Assembly (NCBI GenBank): GCA_045587285.1
Contig: JAZNBZ010000160.1
Coordinates: forward strand, 1-57,627
Direction of reading: 5' to 3'
Origin: Candidatus Flemingiibacterium sp.
GTDB taxonomy: Bacteria > Bacillota > Clostridia > Oscillospirales > CAG-272
Length of the DNA stretch: 57,627 nt
Positions within the stretch are counted from its first letter, which is position 1; every line of letters begins with the position of its first letter. The notes beneath the pieces are model-generated. The model ran no database searches, was not told the origin of the DNA, and was given only the letters and a program-made list of their open reading frames with translations. Positions 7,833 through 15,935 of the stretch are shown here, piece after piece. The translations under genes and the position numbers were made by a program.

Positions 7833-9311
7833 TTACAATATAATGCAGATAAGTCCGCCGCTGCCCTCGTTGATGATGCGTCCGAGCGTTTCGGAAAGCT
7901 TCGTGCGCGCGTCCTCGGGCATATGCTCAAGCTTCGTGTGAAGCCCCTCGTTTATAAGCTGGTGGAGCGTTTTGCCGAACATATTCGATTGCCATATCTT
8001 CGTCGGATCCTCCTCAAACTCGCGGAGCATATACTTAACGAGCTCCTCCGACTGCTGCTCCGTGCCGACTACGGGGCTTATCTCCGTTTCGATATTCGCC
8101 TTTATCATATGGATGCTCGGTGCGGACGCACGAAGGCGTACGCCGTAGCCGCCCGATTGCTTGACTATCTCGGGCTCCTCGAGGTGCAGGTCTGCCGTTT
8201 CGGGCATAACGATGCCGTAGCCCTTTTGCTCGACGTCCGCGAGCGCGAGAGCGACGCGGTCGTATTTTTCCTTTGTTGCGGCAAGCTCCAAAAGCAGGGT
8301 GATAAGCTTTTTCTCGCTTGATACGTCAAATCCGCAAAGCTCGCTTACGGTGCTGTAGTAAAGCCCGTCGGCAAGCTCAACCGACAGCTCCGCCGTGCCG
8401 TGCCCGAGGTCGATTTTGTCGATATTCACGCACTTTATTTCCTCGCACCCGTCTGTATCCGCGAACACGCCGGCTATCTCGCCTATCTTCTTTATTCTCG
8501 CCGCGCGCGAGGTGACGAGCTCTTTCATCGCGCATACGAGGGAATGCGAGCTATCGAGCGCCTGCGTCCATTCGGGCAGCTTCACCCTCACCTCGCGAAC
8601 GGGAAACTCGAGCAGAACGAGCTCTAAAATATGCCGTATATCCTCCGCGTCGAGGCGCAGACAGTTGACGAGCGCGACGGGGGCGCCGTATTTTTCCTCG
8701 AGCTCGAGAGCAAGCGCTACCGCGCTCTCGCTTTTCGGATCGGCAGCGTTAAGTATGATGGCGAACGGCTTGCCTGCCGCCTTGAGCTCGCGTACGACGC
8801 GCTCCTCTGCCTCGACGTAGCTCTCGCGCCCGATCTCGCCGATAGTGCCGTCCGTCGTAACGAGCATACCGACGGTGGCGTGCTCGGAAATTACCTTGCG
8901 CGTGCCAAGCTCTGCCGCCTCTATAAACGGCATCGGCTCCGCCTGCCACGGCGTGTGAACCATACGCGCGTGCCCGTCCTCGATATGTCCGATAGCCTCG
9001 GGTACGATGTAGCCGACGCAGTCAACCGCTTTTACCCTCGTAACGGCGTTGTCGGAGAGCGTGATCTCCACAGCCTCGTCGGGAACAAATTTCGGCTCGG
9101 TCGTCATAACCGTTTTGCCCGCGGCGCTTTGAGGCATTTCGTCCTTTGCGCGCTCACGCTCGTGCTCGTCTCTTATAGCCGGTATTACCAGAGTCTCCAT
9201 AAAGCGCTTGATAAACGTCGATTTGCCCGTGCGCACGGGCCCGATAACGCCGAGGTAAAACGTACCCGCGGTACGCTCGGCTATATCCTTATAAACATTC
9301 GTGTCTTGCAT
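7833..9311 (-). CDS. spoIVA: stage IV sporulation protein A (spore coat morphogenetic ATPase)
   Basis: 492 aa from the ATG at 9311, with a GGAGG RBS (complement of 9320-9324). Sequence MQDTNVYKDIAERTAGTFYLGVIGPVRTGKSTFIKRFME carries the Walker A motif. The C-terminal ...INEGSGGLICIIL is typical of SpoIVA. The 46-codon N-terminal extension in the track is rejected. Confidence 0.9.
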   Translation of the reverse strand: MQDTNVYKDIAERTAGTFYLGVIGPVRTGKSTFIKRFMETLVIPAIRDEHERERAKDEMPQSAAGKTVMTTEPKFVPDEAVEITLSDNAVTRVKAVDCVGYIVPEAIGHIEDGHARMVHTPWQAEPMPFIEAAELGTRKVISEHATVGMLVTTDGTIGEIGRESYVEAEERVVRELKAAGKPFAIILNAADPKSESAVALALELEEKYGAPVALVNCLRLDAEDIRHILELVLLEFPVREVRVKLPEWTQALDSSHSLVCAMKELVTSRAARIKKIGEIAGVFADTDGCEEIKCVNIDKIDLGHGTAELSVELADGLYYSTVSELCGFDVSSEKKLITLLLELAATKEKYDRVALALADVEQKGYGIVMPETADLHLEEPEIVKQSGGYGVRLRASAPSIHMIKANIETEISPVVGTEQQSEELVKYMLREFEEDPTKIWQSNMFGKTLHQLINEGLHTKLEHMPEDARTKLSETLGRIINEGSGGLICIIL

Positions 9312-9430
9312 TGTTCGTTCCTCCCTAAAGATAGTTACTGACACATTTATATTAAGGATGGCGCACAAATATTCCGCGAGGGCTATATATGATACTAAAA
9401 AACATAAGTCTTTGTAGGAATTTTGATTTT

Positions 9431-9448
9431 TTCGACATTTTTTCGACA
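9431..9448 (-). promoter_or_regulatory. tandem consensus Spo0A boxes (2 x TGTCGAA, 11-bp phase)
   Basis: TTCGACA at 9431-9437 and 9442-9448, which read TGTCGAA on the minus strand, each followed by an A-run. They lie in the divergent region between spoIVA and the first Spo0A_C gene. Confidence 0.55.
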
Positions 9449-9512
9449 TTTGTTGATTGAATTATAGTAAAAAACGACAAAAAATTTGTTCTAACTTAGG
9501 TTGTACTGCCAA

Positions 9513-9541
9513 TTGCATTTTAGTTGTTTATATGGTAAAAT
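9513..9541 (+). promoter_or_regulatory. sigmaA-type promoter of the 9618 Spo0A_C gene
   Basis: TTGCAT at 9513-9518, 17-nt spacer, TAAAAT at 9536-9541, with a TGg extended -10 element. Confidence 0.5.
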
Positions 9542-9617
9542 ATTATTAGATTAACGTGCAGATGTGTGCTGAAGCATTATGACAGACGTATCACAAAAGC
9601 ACCACAGGAGAACCCAG

Positions 9618-10028
9618 ATGATCATAAACGTAAACACACCGCATACCAACACGAAGGGAGACGAGAGAGAGCAGATAGAAAATCAGATTTTTGATATAAT
9701 GCTTGAACTCGGAGTTCCACTCAATCTAAAAGGCTTCGCGTATCTGTGTGACTCAGTTCGCATAACATATTACGAGCCAATGTCCGGCGCCAGAATCGTA
9801 GACCGCCTTTATACACAGGTAGCTAAGGAAAACGGCACTACCGTACAGTGTGTAGAGCATGCGATCCGCACGGCACTTAAACGTGTGGAAAGCATACGTG
9901 ACAAGAGTGTGCTGAAAAAATATTTCGCTACGGCAGAATGTCCGTCGCCAAAAAGATTTATCAACTCACTTGCAGACTGGGTACGACGCAACGTGGACAA
10001 AAACGAAAGCCGCACCGCCCAAAGATAG
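9618..10028 (+). CDS. stand-alone Spo0A C-terminal (effector/DNA-binding) domain protein
   Basis: LELGVPLNLKGFAYLCDSVRI...LYTQVAKENGTTVQCVEHAIRTALKRV...KRFINSLADWV matches the layout of the Spo0A effector domain. No receiver domain is present. Preferred start is the ATG at 9618 with an AGGAG RBS. The track start at 9579 is in frame. Confidence 0.75.
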   Translation: MIINVNTPHTNTKGDEREQIENQIFDIMLELGVPLNLKGFAYLCDSVRITYYEPMSGARIVDRLYTQVAKENGTTVQCVEHAIRTALKRVESIRDKSVLKKYFATAECPSPKRFINSLADWVRRNVDKNESRTAQR

Positions 10029-10042
10029 GGCGGCGCGGTTTT
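10009..10042. terminator. intrinsic terminator between convergent Spo0A_C genes
   Basis: Stem CCGCACCGCCC/GGGCGGCGCGG with a 7-nt loop containing the TAG stop codon, followed by TTTTT. Confidence 0.75.
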
Positions 10043-10059
10043 TCTTTGCTTATAAACGG

Positions 10060-10413
10060 TTATTCCTCCGACGAGTGAAGATACCTTGCGATTTCGCTGA
10101 TTACGAGTGCGCTCGGCGGATAGGCGTCGCTTTCGGTACGCTCGAGAAAATCGTTGAGCAGGCCGAAATCTGCGGCGTGCTCTATAGCGTGGCGGCAGCC
10201 GCGCGAAACGCTTGTGATAGGCACGCGTCCGCAAAGGCGTGCAACTCTGGGAAAGAGCGATTTCGTGACGTAAGCGGTAAGCTCGGGGGAGTGATAGGCT
10301 TCGATGACGGCGCATCGCAGATATTCGTAGCCGCGAAGGTCAGCGGGGAAGCCGAGGCTGATAAGTGCTTTGGCGGTGTTTTCCTTGAGGTGCGCGTTGC
10401 AGTAAGAGTACAT
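10060..10413 (-). CDS. stand-alone Spo0A C-terminal domain-like protein (divergent paralog)
   Basis: LISLGFPADLRGYEYLRCAVIEAY...LFPRVARLCG..ITSVSRGCRHAIEHA. The ATG at 10413 overlaps the upstream gene's TGA stop (TGATG). The track's extra first codon is a TTG. Confidence 0.6.
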   Translation of the reverse strand: MYSYCNAHLKENTAKALISLGFPADLRGYEYLRCAVIEAYHSPELTAYVTKSLFPRVARLCGRVPITSVSRGCRHAIEHAADFGLLNDFLERTESDAYPPSALVISEIARYLHSSEE

Positions 10414-10820
10414 CAAATATCCCTGAATACGCGCGAGCCGGGCTTGATTAAATGATTGCGGAGCTTTTCCGCGAAAAGGGCGATGAACTTACGCGCGGAA
10501 ACGCCCTTCGCACGGAAGCCGAAATGCGAAAAGGATTCGTCAAGCACGGCAAAGCTTCCCGAGCTTAGGATGACTTTAAGCTCGCTTCGAATGTCGCGCT
10601 CAACGCAGGAGGGCGAGGTGCCTGCTTCTTCGGCGATCCTTGCGTATAAGCCGTTCATTACGTTGTGTATAGCGTCGGGCTCGTCGTGTACGATCTCAAT
10701 TGCGCGGCAAAGATAGGCAAAGCCCTTGATATGGGTTACCGCACCCATTTCGATAAGCAGTATTCGTATTTCTGCGCCAAGCTCGGTTTGCGCCCCTTCT
10801 TGGGTGTTCGTGTGTAGCAT
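10413..10820 (-). CDS. stand-alone Spo0A C-terminal domain protein
   Basis: LIEMGAVTHIKGFAYLCRAIEIVHDEPDAIHNVMNGLYARIAEEAGTSPSCVERDIRSELKVI...ARKFIALFAEKL. GGAG RBS. No receiver domain. Confidence 0.75.
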   Translation of the reverse strand: MLHTNTQEGAQTELGAEIRILLIEMGAVTHIKGFAYLCRAIEIVHDEPDAIHNVMNGLYARIAEEAGTSPSCVERDIRSELKVILSSGSFAVLDESFSHFGFRAKGVSARKFIALFAEKLRNHLIKPGSRVFRDI

Positions 10821-10957
10821 TCTGCGGCTCCTTTTGCGGGTGGTTTAACGTATGCGCCGTATACGATTAGGTATATTATAGCATATTTTGCCGTATTTTT
10901 CAATGTTAAAGACACACGAATATTCGCGTGCTGATTTGGTCAGCAGTTCTATCTTTC

Positions 10958-10974
10958 TGTCGAATATTGTCGAA
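10958..10974 (+). promoter_or_regulatory. tandem consensus Spo0A boxes (2 x TGTCGAA, 10-bp phase)
   Basis: TGTCGAA at 10958-10964 and 10968-10974. They lie in the divergent intergenic region between the Spo0A_C gene (10413-10820, minus strand) and cysK. Confidence 0.55.
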
Positions 10975-11059
10975 AACGCTAAAAAACGATTGCCGCACTT
11001 GACAACGCGGACGCTCGGTGATAGAATAATATTATTAAAGCGAAGGGGGCTTTTGTAAG

Positions 11060-11989
11060 GTGAATATAAAGAGATCCGTTTGCGAGCTTATCGGCAAAAC
11101 GCCGCTTCTCTTGCTCTCGCGATACGGTGAGGCGCACGGTGTGAAGGGAACGGTGCTCGCAAAGCTTGAATATTTTAATCCTGCGGGAAGCGTCAAGGAT
11201 AGAGTTGGCGCGAGGATGATAGAGGACGCCGAGAAGAGCGGCAAGCTGAAGCCGGGCGCGACTATTATCGAGCCGACAAGCGGCAACACGGGTATAGGAC
11301 TTGCCGCAGTCGCCGCCGCAAAGGGCTATAAGGTCATTCTGACAATGCCCGACACGATGAGCCGTGAGCGCATCGCGCTGCTTCGCGCATACGGCGCGGA
11401 GCTCGTTTTGACGGACGGCGCGAAGGGGATGGCGGGCGCTATCGAAAAGGCAAAGGAGATCGCCGCCGCAACGCCCGGAAGTATCATCGCGGGACAGTTT
11501 GAAAACCCGGCAAATCCTGCGGCGCACTACGAAGGCACGGGCCCCGAGATATGGGAGGATACCGACGGAAAGGTCGATATCTTCGTCGCAGGCGTCGGCA
11601 CGGGCGGAACGCTTACGGGTACGGCACGTTACTTAAAGGAGAAAAATCCCGACGTCAAGGTCGTTGCAGTCGAGCCGGCATCGTCGCCGCTCCTCTCGAA
11701 GGGCATATCGGGTGCGCACGGGCTTATGGGCATCGGAGCGAACTTCGTTCCCGAGATACTCGACACCTCGCTCTGCGACGAGATAATCGCCGTTACCGAG
11801 GAGGAGGCGTATGCGGCAGGGCGCGAGCTCGTAGGACGCGAGGGCGTGCTCGTCGGCATAACCTCGGGTGCGGCGCTTCACGCGGCGACGCTCGTTGCGT
11901 CGCGCGAGGAAAACCGCGGCAAAACGGTCGTGGTGCTCCTTCCGGATACGGGCGAGAGATATTTATCGACGCCGATGTATAGCGAATGA
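11060..11989 (+). CDS. cysK: cysteine synthase A (O-acetylserine sulfhydrylase)
   Basis: LIGKTPLL, NPAGSVKDR (the PLP-binding lysine), EPTSGNTGIGLA and GVGTGGTLTG. GTG start. A TTGACA-17-TAGAAT promoter lies at about 10998-11026. Confidence 0.9.
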   Translation: MNIKRSVCELIGKTPLLLLSRYGEAHGVKGTVLAKLEYFNPAGSVKDRVGARMIEDAEKSGKLKPGATIIEPTSGNTGIGLAAVAAAKGYKVILTMPDTMSRERIALLRAYGAELVLTDGAKGMAGAIEKAKEIAAATPGSIIAGQFENPANPAAHYEGTGPEIWEDTDGKVDIFVAGVGTGGTLTGTARYLKEKNPDVKVVAVEPASSPLLSKGISGAHGLMGIGANFVPEILDTSLCDEIIAVTEEEAYAAGRELVGREGVLVGITSGAALHAATLVASREENRGKTVVVLLPDTGERYLSTPMYSE

Positions 11990-12000
11990 TATTAACGGCA

Positions 12001-12029
12001 ATATCCCACCCTAAAATAGGGTGGGATAT
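12001..12029 (+). terminator. hairpin terminator after cysK
   Basis: Perfect 11-bp stem ATATCCCACCC/GGGTGGGATAT with a 7-nt loop. The T-tract is weak. Confidence 0.55.
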
Positions 12030-12133
12030 TGTTATAATTTGTCTATTATTACTATTGACAAAATCATCATTTAGTAATAATATATTATAGGTCGCTCAAA
12101 TGGGTGGCTAATACGTTTTTTGGAAGTGTAATT

Positions 12134-13435
12134 ATGACGCTTTTATTATCAATTTCGCTCGCGATGCTCGTCGGGTTAATGCTTTCCCGACTTGCAAAGC
12201 TCGTATCACTGCCGGCGGTTACCGCTTATCTCGTGGCGGGAATTTTGGTCGGTCCGTTCTGCCTTGGTGCACTCGGCATCGAGGGCTTCGGCTTCACGTC
12301 TGCCGAGAATATAGAGCATCTGTCCGTTATCTCAACGGCGGCGCTCGGATTTATCGCCTTTTCGATAGGCAACGAGTTTCGTCTGCCCCAGCTTAAAAAG
12401 ACGGGCAAGGCGGCTACGTTTATCGGTATCTTTCAGGCAATTGCAGCCGCACTCATAGTTGATATAGTGCTCGGCGTTATGGCGTTTTTTGAGGTGCTTT
12501 CTATGCCTGCCGCGATCGTGCTCGGCGCTATCGCCACCGCGACCGCACCTGCCGCAACGCTTATGGTCGTTCGCCAGTATAAGGCGAAGGGCGAGCTTAC
12601 CGACCTGCTTCTCCCCATCGTCGCTATCGACGACGCGGTAGGTCTCGTCGTGTTTGCCGTATCGCTCGGAGTCGCACGTGCACTCGAGCAGGGGCACGTT
12701 GACGTCGTTTCCATCGTCGTAAATCCGCTTATTGAGATAATCGCCTCGCTCCTTCTCGGCGCGCTTATGGGCGTTATACTCACGCTTATCGAGCGCTTCT
12801 TCCATTCGCGCTCCAAGCGTATGTCGATGGCAATCGCGTTCGTGTTCCTGACGGTTGCGCTCTCGATGCTCCATTTCCATATCGGCCCCGTCGAGATAGG
12901 ATTTTCGTCGCTTCTCGTTTGTATGATGCTCGGTACGGTGTTCTGCAATCTCTGCGATTACTCCGAGGAGCTTATGGAGCGCGTGGACGGCTGGACGACG
13001 CCTCTGTTTATCATATTCTTCGTGCTCTCAGGCGCGGAGCTTGACCTTGCCGTGTTCGGAAATCTTTCCATCGTGCTTATCGGCGTCGTATTCCTTGCTG
13101 CGCGTGCTATCGGTAAATGGGGCGGCACAGGTCTCAGCGCGAAGTGGATGAAATGCTCGCCGAGCGTGTGCAAGTACCTCGGCATCACCCTGCTTCCTCA
13201 GGCAGGCGTTGCACTCGGTATGTCGCTTCAGGTTGGCGACCTTAGCGACGGACATTTGATCCGCAATATTGTTCTTTTCTCGGTGCTCATTCTTGAACTG
13301 TTCGGTCCGCTTGCAACCAAGATCGCACTCACGAAGGCGGGCGATATTATCCCCGAAAACAAGACCTCGGCTCGAGGCATTATCCCAAGCAAGCATCACG
13401 GCCCTCACCCCAAGCAGGAAAAGAAGGCAAAATAA
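12134..13435 (+). CDS. cation:proton antiporter (Na+/H+ exchanger family)
   Basis: Polytopic membrane protein with more than 10 hydrophobic segments and a layout typical of the sodium/hydrogen exchanger family. Preferred start is the ATG at 12134 with a GGAAGTG RBS. The track's GTG at 12104 is in frame. Confidence 0.65.
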   Translation: MTLLLSISLAMLVGLMLSRLAKLVSLPAVTAYLVAGILVGPFCLGALGIEGFGFTSAENIEHLSVISTAALGFIAFSIGNEFRLPQLKKTGKAATFIGIFQAIAAALIVDIVLGVMAFFEVLSMPAAIVLGAIATATAPAATLMVVRQYKAKGELTDLLLPIVAIDDAVGLVVFAVSLGVARALEQGHVDVVSIVVNPLIEIIASLLLGALMGVILTLIERFFHSRSKRMSMAIAFVFLTVALSMLHFHIGPVEIGFSSLLVCMMLGTVFCNLCDYSEELMERVDGWTTPLFIIFFVLSGAELDLAVFGNLSIVLIGVVFLAARAIGKWGGTGLSAKWMKCSPSVCKYLGITLLPQAGVALGMSLQVGDLSDGHLIRNIVLFSVLILELFGPLATKIALTKAGDIIPENKTSARGIIPSKHHGPHPKQEKKAK

Positions 13436-13440
13436 AATTA

Positions 13441-13770
13441 TCCCCCACGGTGTTGGCGTGTTATCGCTTGCGATAACACGCAGTCAAATCCGTCTTTGAC
13501 GGGTGAAATCCACCTATGGTGGATGAAATCGCTTTCGCGATGAAATCCTGCTTCGCAGGGATATACGTTAGACGGGTTTGATTTCATCTAAGGCAGCGCC
13601 TTGTATTTCATCTGAGCCGCGCGAAGATTTCATCGTGGCATAGCCACGATTTCATTAGGGCAACAAAAAAGAGAGGACATTTCGGTTTTCCCGATTTGTT
13701 CTCTCTTTTTGCTTGCGACTTAATAGTGGGGGATTCTCCGATAAGGATATCCCATATTAGCCGTGGGGGA
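13441..13770. repeat. 330-bp multi-hairpin element bounded by inverted repeats (MITE-like), between convergent genes
   Basis: 10-bp terminal inverted repeat: TCCCCCACGG (13441-13450) and CCGTGGGGGA (13761-13770). The interior has an 11-bp hairpin (13456-13481). It also has three forward (A)TGAAATC copies (13504-10, 13523-30, 13540-47) and four reverse GATTTCAT copies (13580-87, 13605-11, 13626-33, 13648-55), each separated by short GC hairpins. A terminator-like hairpin lies at 13666-13710. Confidence 0.6.
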
Positions 13771-13776
13771 GCTTTT

Positions 13777-15843
13777 TTAACTTAGCGTTATTTTTCGATT
13801 AAGCAGGCTTATAAGCACGGGCGCTACCGCGTTCGTTCTGCGTACGGCGGTATAAAGCTCCGTGCCGTCGTCGGCAAGCTGTATTACCTCAAAGGAGCTT
13901 ATCTCGAGCGTGGGTGCGCCTATAGCGAGCGTGTTCCCGTCAATGAAGGTGGTGGTACGGGCGGTGCCGTTTACCTTGGCGCGGCTATACTCGTTAAAGC
14001 CCGAGCCGAATATGTAAAGCGTTTCGCCGTATAGCTCGTAGCGATTGAATACCACGGGGCGCGTGCCGATCTTCATATCGGTCGGCTCGTATTTTACCTC
14101 ATCCTCGTAAAGCTGCTCGTACGTGAGCGTGCGAAGAATGTCGTCGTACTCCTCGCCCGTTTCAAGCTCGTGCTGATGAAGCAGGGTTATATCGCCCGAC
14201 GCCATACCGCAAAGGCTCTGGAGATACGCCGCAAGCTGATAGATCTCAAGGTCACGGTCAAGCTCGTTTATATCCGAAACGCTTTCGGTGCCGACGAGGT
14301 CAACGTTGGTCTTTATAACGTATTCGGTCTGATAAATATTGCCGTTTTCAAGCTGGTCTGCCGTTATCGGGAGCGCGGGAAGGTGGTCGCCGTAGAACAC
14401 GAGCACGTACGGCTCGCCGCGGCTTTCCATCATCTCGCAAATGCTGCCGACCGTTTCGTCCATCTGCTCGATAAGCTTTGCATAGAAACGGTACTGGTTA
14501 TAAACGGCGTCTGCCTTGGCGCCGTCCTCGGCGTAGTGCCAAATTATATCAATATCGTCCTCGGTGTAATACCAATCGAGATTATAGTCGGGGTATCCGC
14601 CGTGTCCCTCAACGCTGACCGCGAAAACGAAGTCCTGCTCGGCACTCGAGTCAAGCGCGGATTCTATCTCGTGAACGAGCACGTCGTCAGTGCAGAAGGT
14701 GAGGACGTTGCGCTCGATGCCCGACATCATTTCAAGAGGTGTGAAGGTGTCAAAGCCGAGGTAGGGGTATACGGTGTTTCTGCCGTAGAAGGTGGCGGTG
14801 TGGTTGTGGAGCGCGTGTGAGGTGTAGCCGAGCTCGTTTAAGTTCGTCGCGAGCGTTTCGCAGGCGCGATCCTTGAGCACCGTCGTATAAGGGAATTCAC
14901 CGAGTCCGAAGTGGTCGAGGTTCATTCCCGTCAAAAACTCAAACTCAATATTCGCCGTGCCGCCGCCAACGTGTGCGACGTTTAAAAAACCCGAAATGCC
15001 GTTCGCTTTAAGCGCGGTAAAGCTTGGAATAGGATCTCTTGAAAGCTCCACGCTTGTCAGATGCTTTACGTCAAAGAAGGATTCGAGCTGAACCACGACT
15101 ATGTTGGGCGATGCAATAGCGGCGTCGGAGTCCTTGCCTGCGACGAGCTTGTCCATAAGCTCGTTTTTCTTGCTGACGTCATCGTCGTCGGGGCGCTCAA
15201 CGCCGTGCACGAACAGACTGCGTGTGAAGCAGTATGCAAATCCGTTTGCATTATATTCGCTGACGATGTTTTCGCTTTTGACGTAACCGAAGGACATACC
15301 GATAAACGCTATGGCGCAGAGCGCGCATACGGCGCCGAAGCTTATGCCCGAGCGTGCGTAATCGACCTTCGTGCGTCGCGCGCCGAAGATAAAGAGCAGC
15401 ACGATAAGCGCGACGAGCAGTACGAGTGCCACGGCGATAAGTACGAGCTCTACGAGCGTGAAATACGCACCTGCGATGCTGAACGCCTCGCGTATTATAA
15501 GGAAATCTATCGCCGAGAGCGGCGTGCCGCGGTTTGACATAACCACGGCGTTTATCACGCCGAGTATGATCCATATGATCGACGTCAAAAAGAGCATCGC
15601 AAAGCGGCGCTTTAAGAACAAACACAGCGCCAGCGTTGAAAGAATGATAAGCGTTCCCGCTGCGAATGCAAGCGGATCGTTTATTACGTGGCGCAGCGTC
15701 GCAGTGAGTGAGTGCCTGCCGCATACCTCGAGCAGTAAGTTAAGAAATACTGCCGCGAGCGCAAGTATAGGGAGCGTCACCCGAAGCCGTGCGTTCGTAA
15801 AGCCGCGAACGGGCTTAAGTATTATATTGAAGAGCTTTCGCAT
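13777..15843 (-). CDS. LTA synthase family protein (membrane-anchored sulfatase-like phosphoglycerol transferase)
   Basis: 688 aa. About 5 N-terminal TM segments are followed by a sulfatase-like domain (VVVQLESF, TANIEFEFLTG, HNHT) and an extra C-terminal region of about 120 aa. Confidence 0.75.
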   Translation of the reverse strand: MRKLFNIILKPVRGFTNARLRVTLPILALAAVFLNLLLEVCGRHSLTATLRHVINDPLAFAAGTLIILSTLALCLFLKRRFAMLFLTSIIWIILGVINAVVMSNRGTPLSAIDFLIIREAFSIAGAYFTLVELVLIAVALVLLVALIVLLFIFGARRTKVDYARSGISFGAVCALCAIAFIGMSFGYVKSENIVSEYNANGFAYCFTRSLFVHGVERPDDDDVSKKNELMDKLVAGKDSDAAIASPNIVVVQLESFFDVKHLTSVELSRDPIPSFTALKANGISGFLNVAHVGGGTANIEFEFLTGMNLDHFGLGEFPYTTVLKDRACETLATNLNELGYTSHALHNHTATFYGRNTVYPYLGFDTFTPLEMMSGIERNVLTFCTDDVLVHEIESALDSSAEQDFVFAVSVEGHGGYPDYNLDWYYTEDDIDIIWHYAEDGAKADAVYNQYRFYAKLIEQMDETVGSICEMMESRGEPYVLVFYGDHLPALPITADQLENGNIYQTEYVIKTNVDLVGTESVSDINELDRDLEIYQLAAYLQSLCGMASGDITLLHQHELETGEEYDDILRTLTYEQLYEDEVKYEPTDMKIGTRPVVFNRYELYGETLYIFGSGFNEYSRAKVNGTARTTTFIDGNTLAIGAPTLEISSFEVIQLADDGTELYTAVRRTNAVAPVLISLLNRKITLS

Positions 15844-15935
15844 CTGCGCCCTCCTCTCGTAGTTTTAGTAACGGTATTTATTTTACCACAATAGTATGAA
15901 CAATAATTGCTACTATCGTGAACATAATCGCAACA

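Noticed and set aside
9312-9449. 46-codon N-terminal extension of spoIVA in the ORF track. Similar upstream extensions occur at 6553, 17481, 31369, 37982, 45968, 55374 and 55879.
   Set aside because: Internal ATG codons with good GGAG-type RBSs give N-termini that match the family consensus. The extensions have no RBS and overlap promoter or intergenic elements.
10975-11059. Riboswitch or T-box leader upstream of cysK
   Set aside because: The leader after the TTGACA-17-TAGAAT promoter is only about 30 nt long and has no conserved riboswitch core. It is too short for a T-box or an S-box.
13500-13660. Possible CRISPR array, suggested by the regularly repeated GAAATC-containing units
   Set aside because: The repeat is only 7-8 nt long, and the spacers of 9-24 nt are themselves hairpins. 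Copies occur in both orientations around a dyad. No cas genes are present anywhere in the window.
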